From a bacterium (GTDB taxonomy: Bacteria > SAR324 > NAC60-12), in assembly GCA_965209155.1 (NCBI GenBank), contig OZ242383.1, positions 2,976,001 through 3,040,000 on the forward strand: a stretch of 64,000 bases of DNA. The letters are read 5' to 3'. A program made the translations under genes and the position numbers. This document shows, piece by piece, positions 10,128 through 19,668 of the stretch (position 1 is the stretch's first letter; every line of letters starts with the position of its first letter). Under the pieces are notes generated by a model, which was not told the origin of the DNA, did no database searches, and was given only the letters and a program-made list of their open reading frames with translations.

Positions 10128-10190
10128 GCCCTTGATTCTTAAATTCGACAGAATTTTATTGTTTAACAGTTTCGAATGAATTATTCAAGA

Positions 10191-10613
10191 TTATCCTTCT
10201 AATTCAACTCCCATGTTCTGAGCAGTTCCTGCAATGATTCGTTTGGCAGCATCAATGTCATAGCAATTCAAATCCGGCATTTTGATTTTTGCAATTTCTT
10301 CCAGTTGATCCTGTGATAAGGTTCCTACTTTGGCTGTATTAGGAGTAGAGGAGCCTTTTTCGAGTTTGAGCGCTTGCTTGATCAAGACCGCGGCAGGAGG
10401 CGTTTTCATTATGTATGTGAAAGAGCGATCTGAAAAAACCGTAATAATGACCGGAATGATGGTATCCTGCCCTTGAGTTTGCGCGTTGAAACTCTTGCAA
10501 AACTCCATGATATTGACCCCATGCTGACCCAAAGCAGGGCCGATAGGCGGAGAAGGATTCGCTTTTCCTGCGGGAACCTGCAATTTGATATATGCCATTA
10601 CTTTTTTTGCCAT
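10191..10613 (-). CDS. rplK: 50S ribosomal protein L11
   Basis: [36 protein letters not shown]. Confidence 0.98.
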   Translation of the reverse strand: MAKKVMAYIKLQVPAGKANPSPPIGPALGQHGVNIMEFCKSFNAQTQGQDTIIPVIITVFSDRSFTYIMKTPPAAVLIKQALKLEKGSSTPNTAKVGTLSQDQLEEIAKIKMPDLNCYDIDAAKRIIAGTAQNMGVELEG

Positions 10614-10640
10614 TATTTCTACCAGGAATGGTTGGTTACT

Positions 10641-11318
10641 TCATAAACTTTTTACTTTGTCAAATTCAATTTCGACGGGAGTGGGACGTCCAAAAATACT
10701 GACCAGTACTTTCAGTTTGCGTTTTTCACGATTGATTTCATCAATGGTTCCGTTGAAATTACTGAAAGGACCTTCTGAAATCATCACTTTTTGACCCATG
10801 ACATATTCTTCCTCTAAAACGGATTGCTGGACGCCGCTATCAATTTGCTGCACGATCTTTTCCAGCTCTTTATCGTCAAGAGGCAGGGGATTTTTTTGAG
10901 TGCCTCCGACAAATCCGGAAATCCGGGGAGTGTTCATCAGCAAATGCCAAAGCTCCGGTGTCAAATTAGCATGGATGAGAATATAGCCCGGAAAATATTT
11001 CTGATTGATCGTTTGGTGTTTACCTCCTTTGGTTTTGGTAACTTTTTCTGAAGGAATGAATATTTGCTGTACAAGGTGTTCTAATTTTTCAATGCGCAGT
11101 TTTTCTCGAATCGTCTTTTCTACCCGGCTTTCATATTGCGCATAAGCCTGGAGGATATACCATTTGTAATTCGGGTCTCTCTGTTTTTCTTCAGGGACTG
11201 TTCCGTAAGCAACCGTTTCAGCAAGAATTCCTTCAGGAAGCGATTCTTCCGAGATGAGTTTTTCAGTTACGTCTCTACTCTGCGCAAATGCTTGTTCTGC
11301 TGTTTTTTCTTCAGACAT
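10641..11318 (-). CDS. nusG: Transcription factor NusG (with an N-terminal extension)
   Basis: KWYILQAY, FPGYIL, TPRISGFVG, KOW motif GPFSNFNG, VSIFGRPTPVE. Confidence 0.95.
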   Translation of the reverse strand: MSEEKTAEQAFAQSRDVTEKLISEESLPEGILAETVAYGTVPEEKQRDPNYKWYILQAYAQYESRVEKTIREKLRIEKLEHLVQQIFIPSEKVTKTKGGKHQTINQKYFPGYILIHANLTPELWHLLMNTPRISGFVGGTQKNPLPLDDKELEKIVQQIDSGVQQSVLEEEYVMGQKVMISEGPFSNFNGTIDEINREKRKLKVLVSIFGRPTPVEIEFDKVKSL

Positions 11319-11327
11319 TGCCGAGTC

Positions 11328-11516
11328 TCAAATAGAAATAATCAATTGCATCAGCTCAGACAATCCCAAATCCACAATTCCCAAAAAAATAGAAATGGTG
11401 ATGGTCACACCAAGGACCACGTAGGTCGATTTAATAGTGGCTTCTCGAGTTGGCCATTGCACCCGCTTGAACTCGGAGCGGACATCTTCTAAAAATTGCC
11501 TTATTCTTTTAAACAT
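11328..11516 (-). CDS. secE: Preprotein translocase SecE
   Basis: FLEDVRSEFKRVQWPTR plus one TM helix; upstream of nusG. Confidence 0.95.
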   Translation of the reverse strand: MFKRIRQFLEDVRSEFKRVQWPTREATIKSTYVVLGVTITISIFLGIVDLGLSELMQLIISI

Positions 11517-11582
11517 TTTTTCTTCTCTAATCCCTGTCTTTCCTTTTTCTGAAATACTTTTATTACAGAAAAATGGAGATGA

Positions 11583-11658
11583 TGGCAGGCCAGACAGGAA
11601 TCGAACCTGCGACCCTCGGTTTTGGAGACCGATGCTCTGCCAGCTGAGCTACTGGCCT
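11583..11658 (-). tRNA. tRNA-Trp (CCA)
   Basis: Cloverleaf AGGCCAGTAGCTCAGCTGGCAGAGC...GGTCTCCAAAACC...GGTTCGATTCC...CCA end. Confidence 0.97.
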
Positions 11659-11687
11659 GTTTTTTTAAGTCCTCACCTGGGAGAATC

Positions 11688-11852
11688 CTATTTGGTTTCC
11701 TTGTGCAGCGTGTGGCGACGATCCCACTTGCAATACTTCATAATTTCCATACGGCTTTGCTTCAGGCTTTTGTTACGTGAAGCCGTATAATTCTTACGAT
11801 TGCATTCTTTGCATTCGAGTTGAATGATATCTCGTTTGCCTTTTCCTGCCAT
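11688..11852 (-). CDS. rpmG: 50S ribosomal protein L33
   Basis: MAGKGKRDIIQLECKECNRKNY...KYCKWDRRHTLHKETK. The true ATG is at 11852 after a GAGG RBS; the longer ORF call overlaps a tRNA. Confidence 0.95.
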   Translation of the reverse strand: MAGKGKRDIIQLECKECNRKNYTASRNKSLKQSRMEIMKYCKWDRRHTLHKETK

Positions 11853-11867
11853 AATATCCTCTTCAAT

Positions 11868-11942
11868 TGGAGCCTGGGAGCAGGATTGAACTGCCGACCT
11901 CTTCCTTACCAAGGAAACGCTCTACCACTGAGCTACCCAGGC
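11868..11942 (-). tRNA. tRNA-Thr (GGT)
   Basis: GCCTGGGTAGCTCAGTGGTAGAGC-GTTTCCTTGGTAAGGAA-...GTTCAATC...CCA end. Confidence 0.95.
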
Positions 11943-12051
11943 CTATCTGCATTTCTTGTTGATCAAACGATCGAATCTTCGCCCCTTGTTGACCGGCCAA
12001 GATTGCCCCAGACTCAGATGTTTTAATAGATTGGTCTTTCGTGCGCATATG

Positions 12052-12136
12052 TGGTGGGGAGAGAAGGAGTCGAACCTTCGAAGGCTTCGCCGTCAGATTT
12101 ACAGTCTGATCCCTTTGACCACTCGGGAATCTCCCC
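12052..12136 (-). tRNA. tRNA-Tyr (GTA)
   Basis: GGGGAGATTCCCGAGTGGTCAAAGGGA-TCAGACTGTAAATCTGA, long variable arm, GGTTCGACTCC, CCA end. Confidence 0.97.
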
Positions 12137-12198
12137 AATATTCAGACTTAAGAATGGTTCCCTTTTCGCCCGGCAATCAATCAACCTTGCTTTTTAAC

Positions 12199-12274
12199 TG
12201 GAGCTGGCAAAGGGACTTGAACCCACAACCTGCTGATTACAAATCAGCTGCTCTACCAATTGAGCTATGCCAGC
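12199..12274 (-). tRNA. tRNA-Thr (TGT)
   Basis: GCTGGCATAGCTCAATTGGTAGAGCA-GCTGATTTGTAATCAGC-...GGTTCAAGTCC...CCA end. Confidence 0.97.
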
Positions 12275-12283
12275 AAAACGGAT

Positions 12284-12312
12284 AAATTATACTAAAAATT
12301 TTATTTTGTCAA
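12284..12312 (-). promoter_or_regulatory. Putative sigma70 promoter of the tRNA/ribosomal protein cluster
   Basis: TTGACA (12307-12312) followed by TATAAT (15-nt spacer) or TAATTT (17-nt spacer), just 5' of tRNA-Thr. Confidence 0.6.
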
Positions 12313-12336
12313 ACAAAAAAAGAATTTCTTGACTCT

Positions 12337-13848
12337 TTATATTTCAAGATGGCCTCCTATGTACGCCATCAATCCACGGGCCGAGGTAAATCCGACTGGT
12401 TTTCCATCGTCTAGAACGGGAAGATGGTGCGTTCCGGCAATCACCATCTGATTTAAGGCAAATGCAATGGAATCCTTTTGATCCACACACAGTGGATCGG
12501 TGCGCATCAATTGGGAAACAGGAAGGGATTTCAAATCCAAACCATTTCCAATAATTTTTTCGATGATATCCTCATCTGTAAAAATCCCGATCAGTTTTCC
12601 CTCATCATGCACGTGAACGCAGCCATAATTTTTTCCCAACATCAGTTCGATTGCATGGGCTACACTGTCTGAAGGTGCAACCACCAAAGCTTGCGGAGGC
12701 TTGAGGGCACTGATGGGTTTTTCCATGAGATCTTTTTGTTCACCCCTGGGAATGTCCGGGAATATATCAATGTCCTGCAAATCAAAATCATCTTCCATTT
12801 CCTGACCCACTTTGATCGCCGAGATTTCCCAGACTTGACCGCTGTTAAGCAATTGTCGCAAATCGCCTTGACCTTTTGTAGCCAGCTGATTTTCCACTTT
12901 GATAGCGAGTAAATCTTCGTAGGTATCCCGTTCTTTTTGATAAATTATTCCCATGGGAACCGGAAATTCTGGAAAATTCAACTGACTTAGCAGTTCTGCT
13001 TCCATTGCATCACTTACATCATGGACAATCAACTCTTCTTCACTTATTCCATTGCCCAATGTGACTACCTCTGGTGTGAGCCGGTTGAGACGGATTCCTT
13101 TGTCTCGATTTTTTCCAAAGACGAGTGGTTCCCCGTGTTCCAGCTTTAGCATCCGTTCTTCGCGTACCGCACGGTCACTCATATAATCAAAGGCATTGTC
13201 ATTGAAAATATTGCAATTTTGGTAGATTTCCACAAAAGAAGTGCCTTTATGCGCAGGTACGGCTTTGAGGATGCTTTGCAATCCTTTGGGATCGACATCG
13301 AGACTGCGAGCTACGAAAGATGCTCCGGAAGCTAATGCCAACCGAGTGGGCTCCAAAGGAAAATCAACAGATCCGAACGGAGTGCTTTTGGTGTTTTTTC
13401 CCAATTCAGAAGTGGGAGAATACTGTCCTTTTGTCAGGCCGTAGATGCGATTGTTGAAAAGCAAAATATTAACGTCAACATTGCGGCGCATGATATGAAT
13501 CAGGTGATTGCCTCCAATGCTCAATCCGTCGCCGTCCCCGGTTACTACCCAAACGGAGAGATCGGGACGGCTTATTTTCAGTCCAGTCGCGACGGCAGGA
13601 GCCCGACCGTGGATAGTATGGAACCCATAGGTATTCATATAATATGGAAAGCGGCTGGCACAACCGATTCCTGAAATAAAGACGATTTTTTCTCGAGGGA
13701 CACCGATCTCCGGCATTACTTTCTGGACATTTGCCAGAATGGAATAATCGCCACATCCCGGGCACCAACGGACGTTTTGATCGGAAACAAAATCTGCTTT
13801 GCTTAGCTTCTTCACTTCTTGTGGTTGCACATGAACGCTCATTAACAT
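12337..13848 (-). CDS. korB: 2-oxoacid:ferredoxin oxidoreductase beta subunit fused to a C-terminal CBS-domain pair
   Basis: WCPGCGD, SGIGC, HGRA, TPP motif GDGD...NN, GLTKGQYSPT. The last ~130 aa are two CBS motifs (SDSVAHAIELM...GKLIGIFTDEDI; DSIAFALNQM...HHLPVLDDGKPVG). Confidence 0.9.
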   Translation of the reverse strand: MLMSVHVQPQEVKKLSKADFVSDQNVRWCPGCGDYSILANVQKVMPEIGVPREKIVFISGIGCASRFPYYMNTYGFHTIHGRAPAVATGLKISRPDLSVWVVTGDGDGLSIGGNHLIHIMRRNVDVNILLFNNRIYGLTKGQYSPTSELGKNTKSTPFGSVDFPLEPTRLALASGASFVARSLDVDPKGLQSILKAVPAHKGTSFVEIYQNCNIFNDNAFDYMSDRAVREERMLKLEHGEPLVFGKNRDKGIRLNRLTPEVVTLGNGISEEELIVHDVSDAMEAELLSQLNFPEFPVPMGIIYQKERDTYEDLLAIKVENQLATKGQGDLRQLLNSGQVWEISAIKVGQEMEDDFDLQDIDIFPDIPRGEQKDLMEKPISALKPPQALVVAPSDSVAHAIELMLGKNYGCVHVHDEGKLIGIFTDEDIIEKIIGNGLDLKSLPVSQLMRTDPLCVDQKDSIAFALNQMVIAGTHHLPVLDDGKPVGFTSARGLMAYIGGHLEI

Positions 13849-13851
13849 TCC

Positions 13852-15732
13852 TCACAATAATTCAAGAATACGGTTTTGTAACTCGGAAACCAGAAAGGGT
13901 TTCCCTTGTACTTTGTTGAAGGGAATCGCATCAATCAAGAACTGAGATCTCAATAATTGACAAAGTTGTCCCAGATTCAACTCGGGGACCAGTACCTTTT
14001 TATAGTTTTTCAATAGCGTCTTCAAATTCTCCTGGAATGGGTTGAGATAGCGCAAATGCACGGAGGCGACTGCTTTTCCTTCAGCTTGAAGCGCTTCTAC
14101 TGCAGAAATAACAGATCCATATGTACCACCCCAACTCAAAACAAGAAGGTCGCCTTGTTTGGGTCCATGAACTCGAAGGGGGGGCAAATCTTTGGCAATT
14201 CCTTTGATTTTGGCTGCCCGGATGTCAACCATTTTTTGATGATTGAGGGGATCATAGCTCACATTTCCTGTTTCACTATCCTTTTCCAATCCACCCAAAC
14301 GATGTTCCAGTCCTGGTGTTCCGGGAACAGCCCAAACGCGCGCTAAAGTTTCCGTATCTCGCAGGTAGGGTGTAAATCCTTCGGATTCAGTATGAAAAGT
14401 GGGCTCTAAATTGGGCAGTTCTTCGATTTCTGGTAACATCCAGGGTTCTGCGCCATTTGCCAGGTAGCCATCACTCAATACCATCACCGGGGTCATGTAT
14501 TTCAAAGCCAGTCGATAAGCATCCAACATGATATAGAAACAATCTCCCGGAGTTTGCGGGGCAATCACTACGATGGGACATTCTCCATGCCGGCCATTGA
14601 GAGCCATTAGCAAATCGGCCTGTTCGGTTTTAGTCGGCATACCGGTGGAAGGCCCTGCCCGTTGCACATCAATCACGACCAAGGGTAATTCGGCAGCAAC
14701 AGCCAAACTGATGCCTTCTCCTTTTAGTAAAATCCCCGGACCGCTGGAAGTCGTTAAGCCCAGGACTCCTCCGAATGCGGCACCAATGGTCGCGCAAATG
14801 GCAGAAATTTCATCCTCGGCTTGAAAGGTTTTTATACCAAAATTTTGATACCTGGACAATTCATGGAGAATATCAGAAGCGGGCGTGATGGGATAAGACG
14901 AGAGCAGCAAAGGACGTTTGGCTTGCACGGAGGCTGCCACGCATCCCAGCGCAAGGGCTTGGTTTCCTGTAATTTGACGATATACTCCTGAAGGAAGCGT
15001 GGCCGGTTTGACTTTGTAATGCTCGGCAAATTCCATGGTGATGCCATAGTTATAACCCGCTTTGAGGGCCAGCTGATTGGCTTGGCTGATCAGGGGGAAT
15101 TTGCTGAATTTCGTCTCGATCCAATTCAGGGTGTGCTCCATTGGTCGATCAAACAACCAGAAGACCACCCCCAAGGCAAATAGATTTTTACATCGTTCCG
15201 CCTGACGCTTGGATAGTCCTGCCTCTTCCACTGCTTTTAAGGTGAGGGAACTCAAAGGTACTTCGTACACTCGAAAGTCATTCAGAGCATCTGATTCGAG
15301 GGGATTTTCTGCGTAGCTAGCTTTTCTCAGATCGTTTTCGGAAAAATTGTCAGAGTTGATAATCAGAATTCCTCCCTTTTCCAGGTCCGAAAGATTGACT
15401 CGCAAGGCGGCGGGATTCATGGCCACCAGCACATCAACCCTGTCTCCAACGGTGTGAATATCGTGGTGGGAGAAGCTGACCTGGAATCCGGAAACCCCCG
15501 GCAAAGTTCCGGCTGGAGCACGAATTTCAGCGGGAAAATCAGGAAACGTACTGACATCATTACCAGACAGTGCAGATGTGACTGTAAACTGGTCCCCCGT
15601 GAGTTGCATACCGTCCCCGGAATCTCCAGCAAAATGGACAGTGATGGTTTCACGTTCCTGACGCACCACCGAAGATCGGGCGAGCGCTGTTTGTTCCATT
15701 TTTACCTTTTGTGAACCAATATTATAACTCAT
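13852..15732 (-). CDS. korA: 2-oxoacid:ferredoxin oxidoreductase alpha subunit (gamma-alpha fusion, KorA type)
   Basis: AGDSGDGMQLTG, FPAEIRAPAG, YPITPAS, QAEDEI, TTSSGPG, QRAGPSTGMPTKTEQ. Start may be 15699. Confidence 0.93.
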   Translation of the reverse strand: MSYNIGSQKVKMEQTALARSSVVRQERETITVHFAGDSGDGMQLTGDQFTVTSALSGNDVSTFPDFPAEIRAPAGTLPGVSGFQVSFSHHDIHTVGDRVDVLVAMNPAALRVNLSDLEKGGILIINSDNFSENDLRKASYAENPLESDALNDFRVYEVPLSSLTLKAVEEAGLSKRQAERCKNLFALGVVFWLFDRPMEHTLNWIETKFSKFPLISQANQLALKAGYNYGITMEFAEHYKVKPATLPSGVYRQITGNQALALGCVAASVQAKRPLLLSSYPITPASDILHELSRYQNFGIKTFQAEDEISAICATIGAAFGGVLGLTTSSGPGILLKGEGISLAVAAELPLVVIDVQRAGPSTGMPTKTEQADLLMALNGRHGECPIVVIAPQTPGDCFYIMLDAYRLALKYMTPVMVLSDGYLANGAEPWMLPEIEELPNLEPTFHTESEGFTPYLRDTETLARVWAVPGTPGLEHRLGGLEKDSETGNVSYDPLNHQKMVDIRAAKIKGIAKDLPPLRVHGPKQGDLLVLSWGGTYGSVISAVEALQAEGKAVASVHLRYLNPFQENLKTLLKNYKKVLVPELNLGQLCQLLRSQFLIDAIPFNKVQGKPFLVSELQNRILELL

Positions 15733-15756
15733 GATGAAAGGTTTAAATTTATCGGT

Positions 15757-16233
15757 TTATGCACCGTCAGGAGATGAACTGACTTGGTGTGGATCAGGAG
15801 GAAGATTATAGATGGCTGCAGGAAAATAAGTCGCAATATGGCTGATCAAAGCCCGTATTGTAGCCACCCCTACCATTTTTCCATCTTCATCCACGATGGG
15901 TAATGCCAGCCGATTTTCCTTATTCAACAAATCAATCGCTTCCTGCAGAGTTGTTTTGAGCATCAAAGTTTGGGGATTGGGTACCATGATGGTTTCCACT
16001 GCGTTATTCAAATCGACATCAGAGAGAGCCAAATTGCGCATGGCTACACGCTGGGTCAGGATACCTATCGGTTTACCCCGTTCAACTACAATCGTGGTTT
16101 GAATGCCAGGACCCTCCCTCATTTTTTCTATAGTCTGTGATATGGAGGTGGATTTTTCCACGATTACGCAAGAATCCAGTTCGATATGCCGGAGCTGTTG
16201 AGATTGAAGAATATTTTTGATATCCGTCGTCAT
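15757..16233 (-). CDS. Stand-alone CBS-domain-pair protein
   Basis: GKPIGILTQR and LPIVDEDGKMVGVAT CBS motifs; first gene of the OFOR operon. Confidence 0.85.
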   Translation of the reverse strand: MTTDIKNILQSQQLRHIELDSCVIVEKSTSISQTIEKMREGPGIQTTIVVERGKPIGILTQRVAMRNLALSDVDLNNAVETIMVPNPQTLMLKTTLQEAIDLLNKENRLALPIVDEDGKMVGVATIRALISHIATYFPAAIYNLPPDPHQVSSSPDGA

Positions 16234-16522
16234 ATAAAGAATGGATTGGGTAACACCTGGCAGAGGTGAATTTTTTCTTGGGTTTCCAAACCTTGCTAAA
16301 AAAATACTCTCTTCAAGGAGGTCACAATGCGCTCTGTTTGAGCTCGATTATTGATATTATCAATTTCAATTGCAAAAGACAATTTATTTGTAATTTACCG
16401 ATAATACTGTGAAGTCTCAGAAAATTCTTGAGGTTTACAAACCTGAAAATCAGCCACATTCTTGGCATCGGTCTTTTCGAAGATCAATGGGGTCATTCAA
16501 TAATTTCAGTTAAAATCTGGAA

Positions 16523-17464
16523 TCAGCTGACTTGGCCAATGGGTGGAAATCCGTGTTGTTCCCGGTGGTATTGCGAATCGAAAAACTGCGTGCTTTTGAA
16601 CCACTCGTGTCGACCGTCGGATGCTTCCTTGTAGACGCTATTCAGCAGTTCTTCTTGCTTTCCCTTTGTGATTGGCGAATAGTTACGCGCGATTTGTATA
16701 TCTTGATTTAAATTTTCCTGCGATTCAATACCACAAACGAGGGTGCTGATGGGTAGAGACAGGGCATAACCTCGACATTGTTCGGCAGTTAATCCGAGTT
16801 CAGTAGTTAGTTGTCCCCGCCCTCCAAGACTTTTCATACCAATCGCCCCAATATTTCTACGGTTCAGTTCTGGTAGAATTTCATTTTGAAAACTGCGGTA
16901 ATGAGCATCCAATAGGTTGATGGGTAACTGGCAGGTGTCCCAATCAAAGTCTTTTACGAGCATTTCCTTCAAGATGTGTGGACTTTTGTGCCCCGTGAAT
17001 CCGATGAATCGTATTTTCCCTGCCTGACGAGCCCTCGATGCCGCCTCCAAGGCTCCACCGACCCGGAAAATCCATTCCGGATCATTGTCGTAATTGATCT
17101 CGTGAAATTGCCAGATATCGATGACATCCGTTTGCAGCCGATGCAAACTGTCGTGCAATTGCGCTTCCGCTGTATTGCGGTCACGCCCGCAGACCTTAGT
17201 CATTAACGTGACTTGGTCTCGACGGCCTTTCAGTGCCATTCCCATCCGGCGCTCTGATTCGCCTTGATGGTATTCCCAGGCATTGTCCATGAAAGTCACA
17301 CCTGCGTCGATGGCTCTCTGGATCAACCTTATTGATGCTTGTTCGTCGAGATGAGGCCTTACAAAGTGACCACCGCCGAATCCGATAATCGAGACCTTCA
17401 ACCCCGTCTTTCCCAGCTCACGGATTGGTAATCCCGCTGCATTTCGTTCCAGTGCCTGTATCAT
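16523..17464 (-). CDS. Aldo/keto reductase
   Basis: RELGKTGLKVSIIGFGG, DNAWEY, SERRMG, SLHRLQTDVID, GKIRFIGFTGH. Confidence 0.92.
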   Translation of the reverse strand: MIQALERNAAGLPIRELGKTGLKVSIIGFGGGHFVRPHLDEQASIRLIQRAIDAGVTFMDNAWEYHQGESERRMGMALKGRRDQVTLMTKVCGRDRNTAEAQLHDSLHRLQTDVIDIWQFHEINYDNDPEWIFRVGGALEAASRARQAGKIRFIGFTGHKSPHILKEMLVKDFDWDTCQLPINLLDAHYRSFQNEILPELNRRNIGAIGMKSLGGRGQLTTELGLTAEQCRGYALSLPISTLVCGIESQENLNQDIQIARNYSPITKGKQEELLNSVYKEASDGRHEWFKSTQFFDSQYHREQHGFPPIGQVS

Positions 17465-17503
17465 AAGTATTGCTCCCTTTTTTATTTAAATTGAAACTCT
17501 CTT

Positions 17504-18268
17504 TTATTGTTTTATTGCAATTATCAACATTTCAAAATCATCTGTCGATAATTCGTCGTTGCGACTGAATTCACCGAGTTTTGCTCCGAATATTTCAGTC
17601 ACTTTGAAATTCAACGATTTTAAAAGCCAAGAAATTTCAGAAGGAGTATAATAACGTTCATTACATTGAATTTCTTTTTCGTTCCCTAAATCATCTTCAA
17701 CAACAGTTGTATTGTAGTCTCGAAATGTCATCAGATCAAAAGAATGATGAGCAGACCTTATTTTATCTCCTTTTTCATTTGCAGTGAAGAAATCTTCAAT
17801 GGAATGATAGAGAGGAAACAAGCCATTCAAGGTCGTAAAAATAAATTTCCCATCCGGTTTTAAGGCATTCGCAGCATTTTGAAGAATCTTAAAATTCATC
17901 TCGTCCGTCTCCATCAAAGGGAATGCACCCTCACAAAGCATGATAACCAGATCGAATGTATTGGAAAATGTTAGCATTCGGGCATCGTTTTTTTGAAACA
18001 TAATTTGCAGGTTTTGCTCACGTGCTTTTTCTCTTGCCCGTTCCAATAGTGATTCTGACAAATCGACGCCCACAACGTTATATCCTCTTTTTGCTAATTC
18101 AATTGAATGTCTTCCAGTCCCACATCCTATATCCAAGATTCTAGTGCTTTTATCGTATTTGATTTCTTTTTCAATGAAATCACATTCGCCGATGGTACCT
18201 TGAGTGAAATATTCTTGATCATATTTCAATCCGTAATTTTCAAATAGTTCTTCGTACCACTGTTTCAT
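17504..18268 (-). CDS. Class I SAM-dependent methyltransferase
   Basis: ILDIGCGTGRH, GVDLS, FDLVI, LKPDGKF. Confidence 0.92.
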   Translation of the reverse strand: MKQWYEELFENYGLKYDQEYFTQGTIGECDFIEKEIKYDKSTRILDIGCGTGRHSIELAKRGYNVVGVDLSESLLERAREKAREQNLQIMFQKNDARMLTFSNTFDLVIMLCEGAFPLMETDEMNFKILQNAANALKPDGKFIFTTLNGLFPLYHSIEDFFTANEKGDKIRSAHHSFDLMTFRDYNTTVVEDDLGNEKEIQCNERYYTPSEISWLLKSLNFKVTEIFGAKLGEFSRNDELSTDDFEMLIIAIKQ

Positions 18269-18549
18269 TTAATTGAACCTCATATTTTCTGAATCTCCAT
18301 TTTAATACATGGCTAAAATTGTTTTGTTAGTTTAAATTCTTCGAAAATGACAAAATATAGGTCACAATTAGTTGAACAACGTGATTGCATGACCCTGATC
18401 AAATTATTTCAATCTGCACCAGATTCATGGACAGCTAAACGTGAGCGGATCGATCGAGATCAATTTCGTCTTTCGATTCTGATTAATCGAAAAAAATAGA
18501 AGTAATCCTGCGGTTTCCTAAATCTCAGAAAATAAGGCAACTCTACCGT

Positions 18550-19146
18550 TCAAAACAGTTGACGACCCGAAAAAGCTTCAATCATTGTCACATCGTCCAC
18601 GTATTCCAAATCACCCCCTGCCGGGATTCCCCGTGCCAACCTTGTGATCTTGATAGCATTTTTCGCAAAAGCCTGTTGTAAAAACAGTGAAGTCGCTTCT
18701 CCCTTGACTGTGGGATGGGTCGCTAAGATCAACTCCTGCACTTCTCCGTTCTGCAAACGAATTTTCAATTCCGAAATTTTGAGTTGCTCTGGTCCTATGC
18801 CATCCAATGGTGAAATGGTCCCCATCAGTACATGATACAAACCGTGATAAACACCGCTTTTTTCGATGGGGAAAACGTTATTGGGTTGTTCGACGACGCA
18901 AATGATTTGGCGATTGCGAGTTTCATCCCGGCAAATAAGACAGGGATCGGATTCTGTAAAGGAAAAACAAATCGAGCAGTGACGGATACGTTGTTTGACA
19001 TCCATAATTGCTTCTGCTAAATTTTTAACTTCCGCTTCCGAGTATTGTAATATTCCGAATACCAGTCGTAGTGCTGTTTTACGTCCAATGCTGGGAAATT
19101 TGGACAGTTCTTGAATGAGACGTTCTAGGGATTCTGGAATTTGCAT
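18550..19146 (-). CDS. recR: Recombination mediator RecR
   Basis: HhH motif FPSIGRKTALRL, C4 zinc finger CSIC...CLIC, Toprim YHVLMGTISPLDGIGP, TRLARGIPAGGDLEYVD. Confidence 0.97.
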   Translation of the reverse strand: MQIPESLERLIQELSKFPSIGRKTALRLVFGILQYSEAEVKNLAEAIMDVKQRIRHCSICFSFTESDPCLICRDETRNRQIICVVEQPNNVFPIEKSGVYHGLYHVLMGTISPLDGIGPEQLKISELKIRLQNGEVQELILATHPTVKGEATSLFLQQAFAKNAIKITRLARGIPAGGDLEYVDDVTMIEAFSGRQLF

Positions 19147-19158
19147 TGTGGTGTTTCA

Positions 19159-19668
19159 TTATTTCTTTTTCGCTCGAGGAAAATGTTTATCAGCTTGTCG
19201 GGCATTCGTAATCAAGATACCGGTCGGCTGGCCTTTTACGATCTCTATACCATTTTCCAATGGATCCCATTCGTCCGAATAGGGAGTCATCTTTTCTTTG
19301 GCTATCATTTTTAAACGTTGTTGGAATTCCCTTTCATTCTCCTTGATTTGTTCAAGCATTTGCGCATTACGTATCCACTTGCGGATCAGTTTGTTTTTGA
19401 TACCCGACATTTTCTCGGACAATTTTTCCAGGATGACGAGGTTTCGTTGGGAAATAGTATATTCGGCGCGTACATCAATGGCCACTTCCGCCTCTTCCAC
19501 AAGCATACCACATTTATGAATCCTGCCTCCGGGTACTTGCAATTCACTGTATTCGGTGGATTGGCAATTGGGACAATGCAACCACACAATGACTCCCGGA
19601 ATGGGCGTGGATTTGTCAGCGAATTCTTTTTTTTGCCGCCATTGATTGAGATCAATCACTTTATCCAT
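19159..19668 (-). CDS. Hypothetical protein with a Zn-ribbon-like CxxC...HxC motif and a coiled coil
   Basis: MDKVIDLNQWR start after a GGGAG RBS; LHCPNC...RIHKCG; ends 12 nt before recR. Confidence 0.7.
   Translation of the reverse strand: MDKVIDLNQWRQKKEFADKSTPIPGVIVWLHCPNCQSTEYSELQVPGGRIHKCGMLVEEAEVAIDVRAEYTISQRNLVILEKLSEKMSGIKNKLIRKWIRNAQMLEQIKENEREFQQRLKMIAKEKMTPYSDEWDPLENGIEIVKGQPTGILITNARQADKHFPRAKKK

Noticed and set aside
11943..12051. tRNA-Gly expected between tRNA-Tyr and tRNA-Thr
   Set aside because: No acceptor stem, TCC/GCC anticodon arm or GTTCRA T-loop could be built. tRNAscan-SE would settle it.
16428..16500. Possible chemoreceptor-like N-terminus (MRFTNLKISHILGIG)
   Set aside because: Only about 15 residues of resemblance, with no TM helix following, and the ORF runs into the convergent aldo/keto reductase gene. 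Too weak to call.
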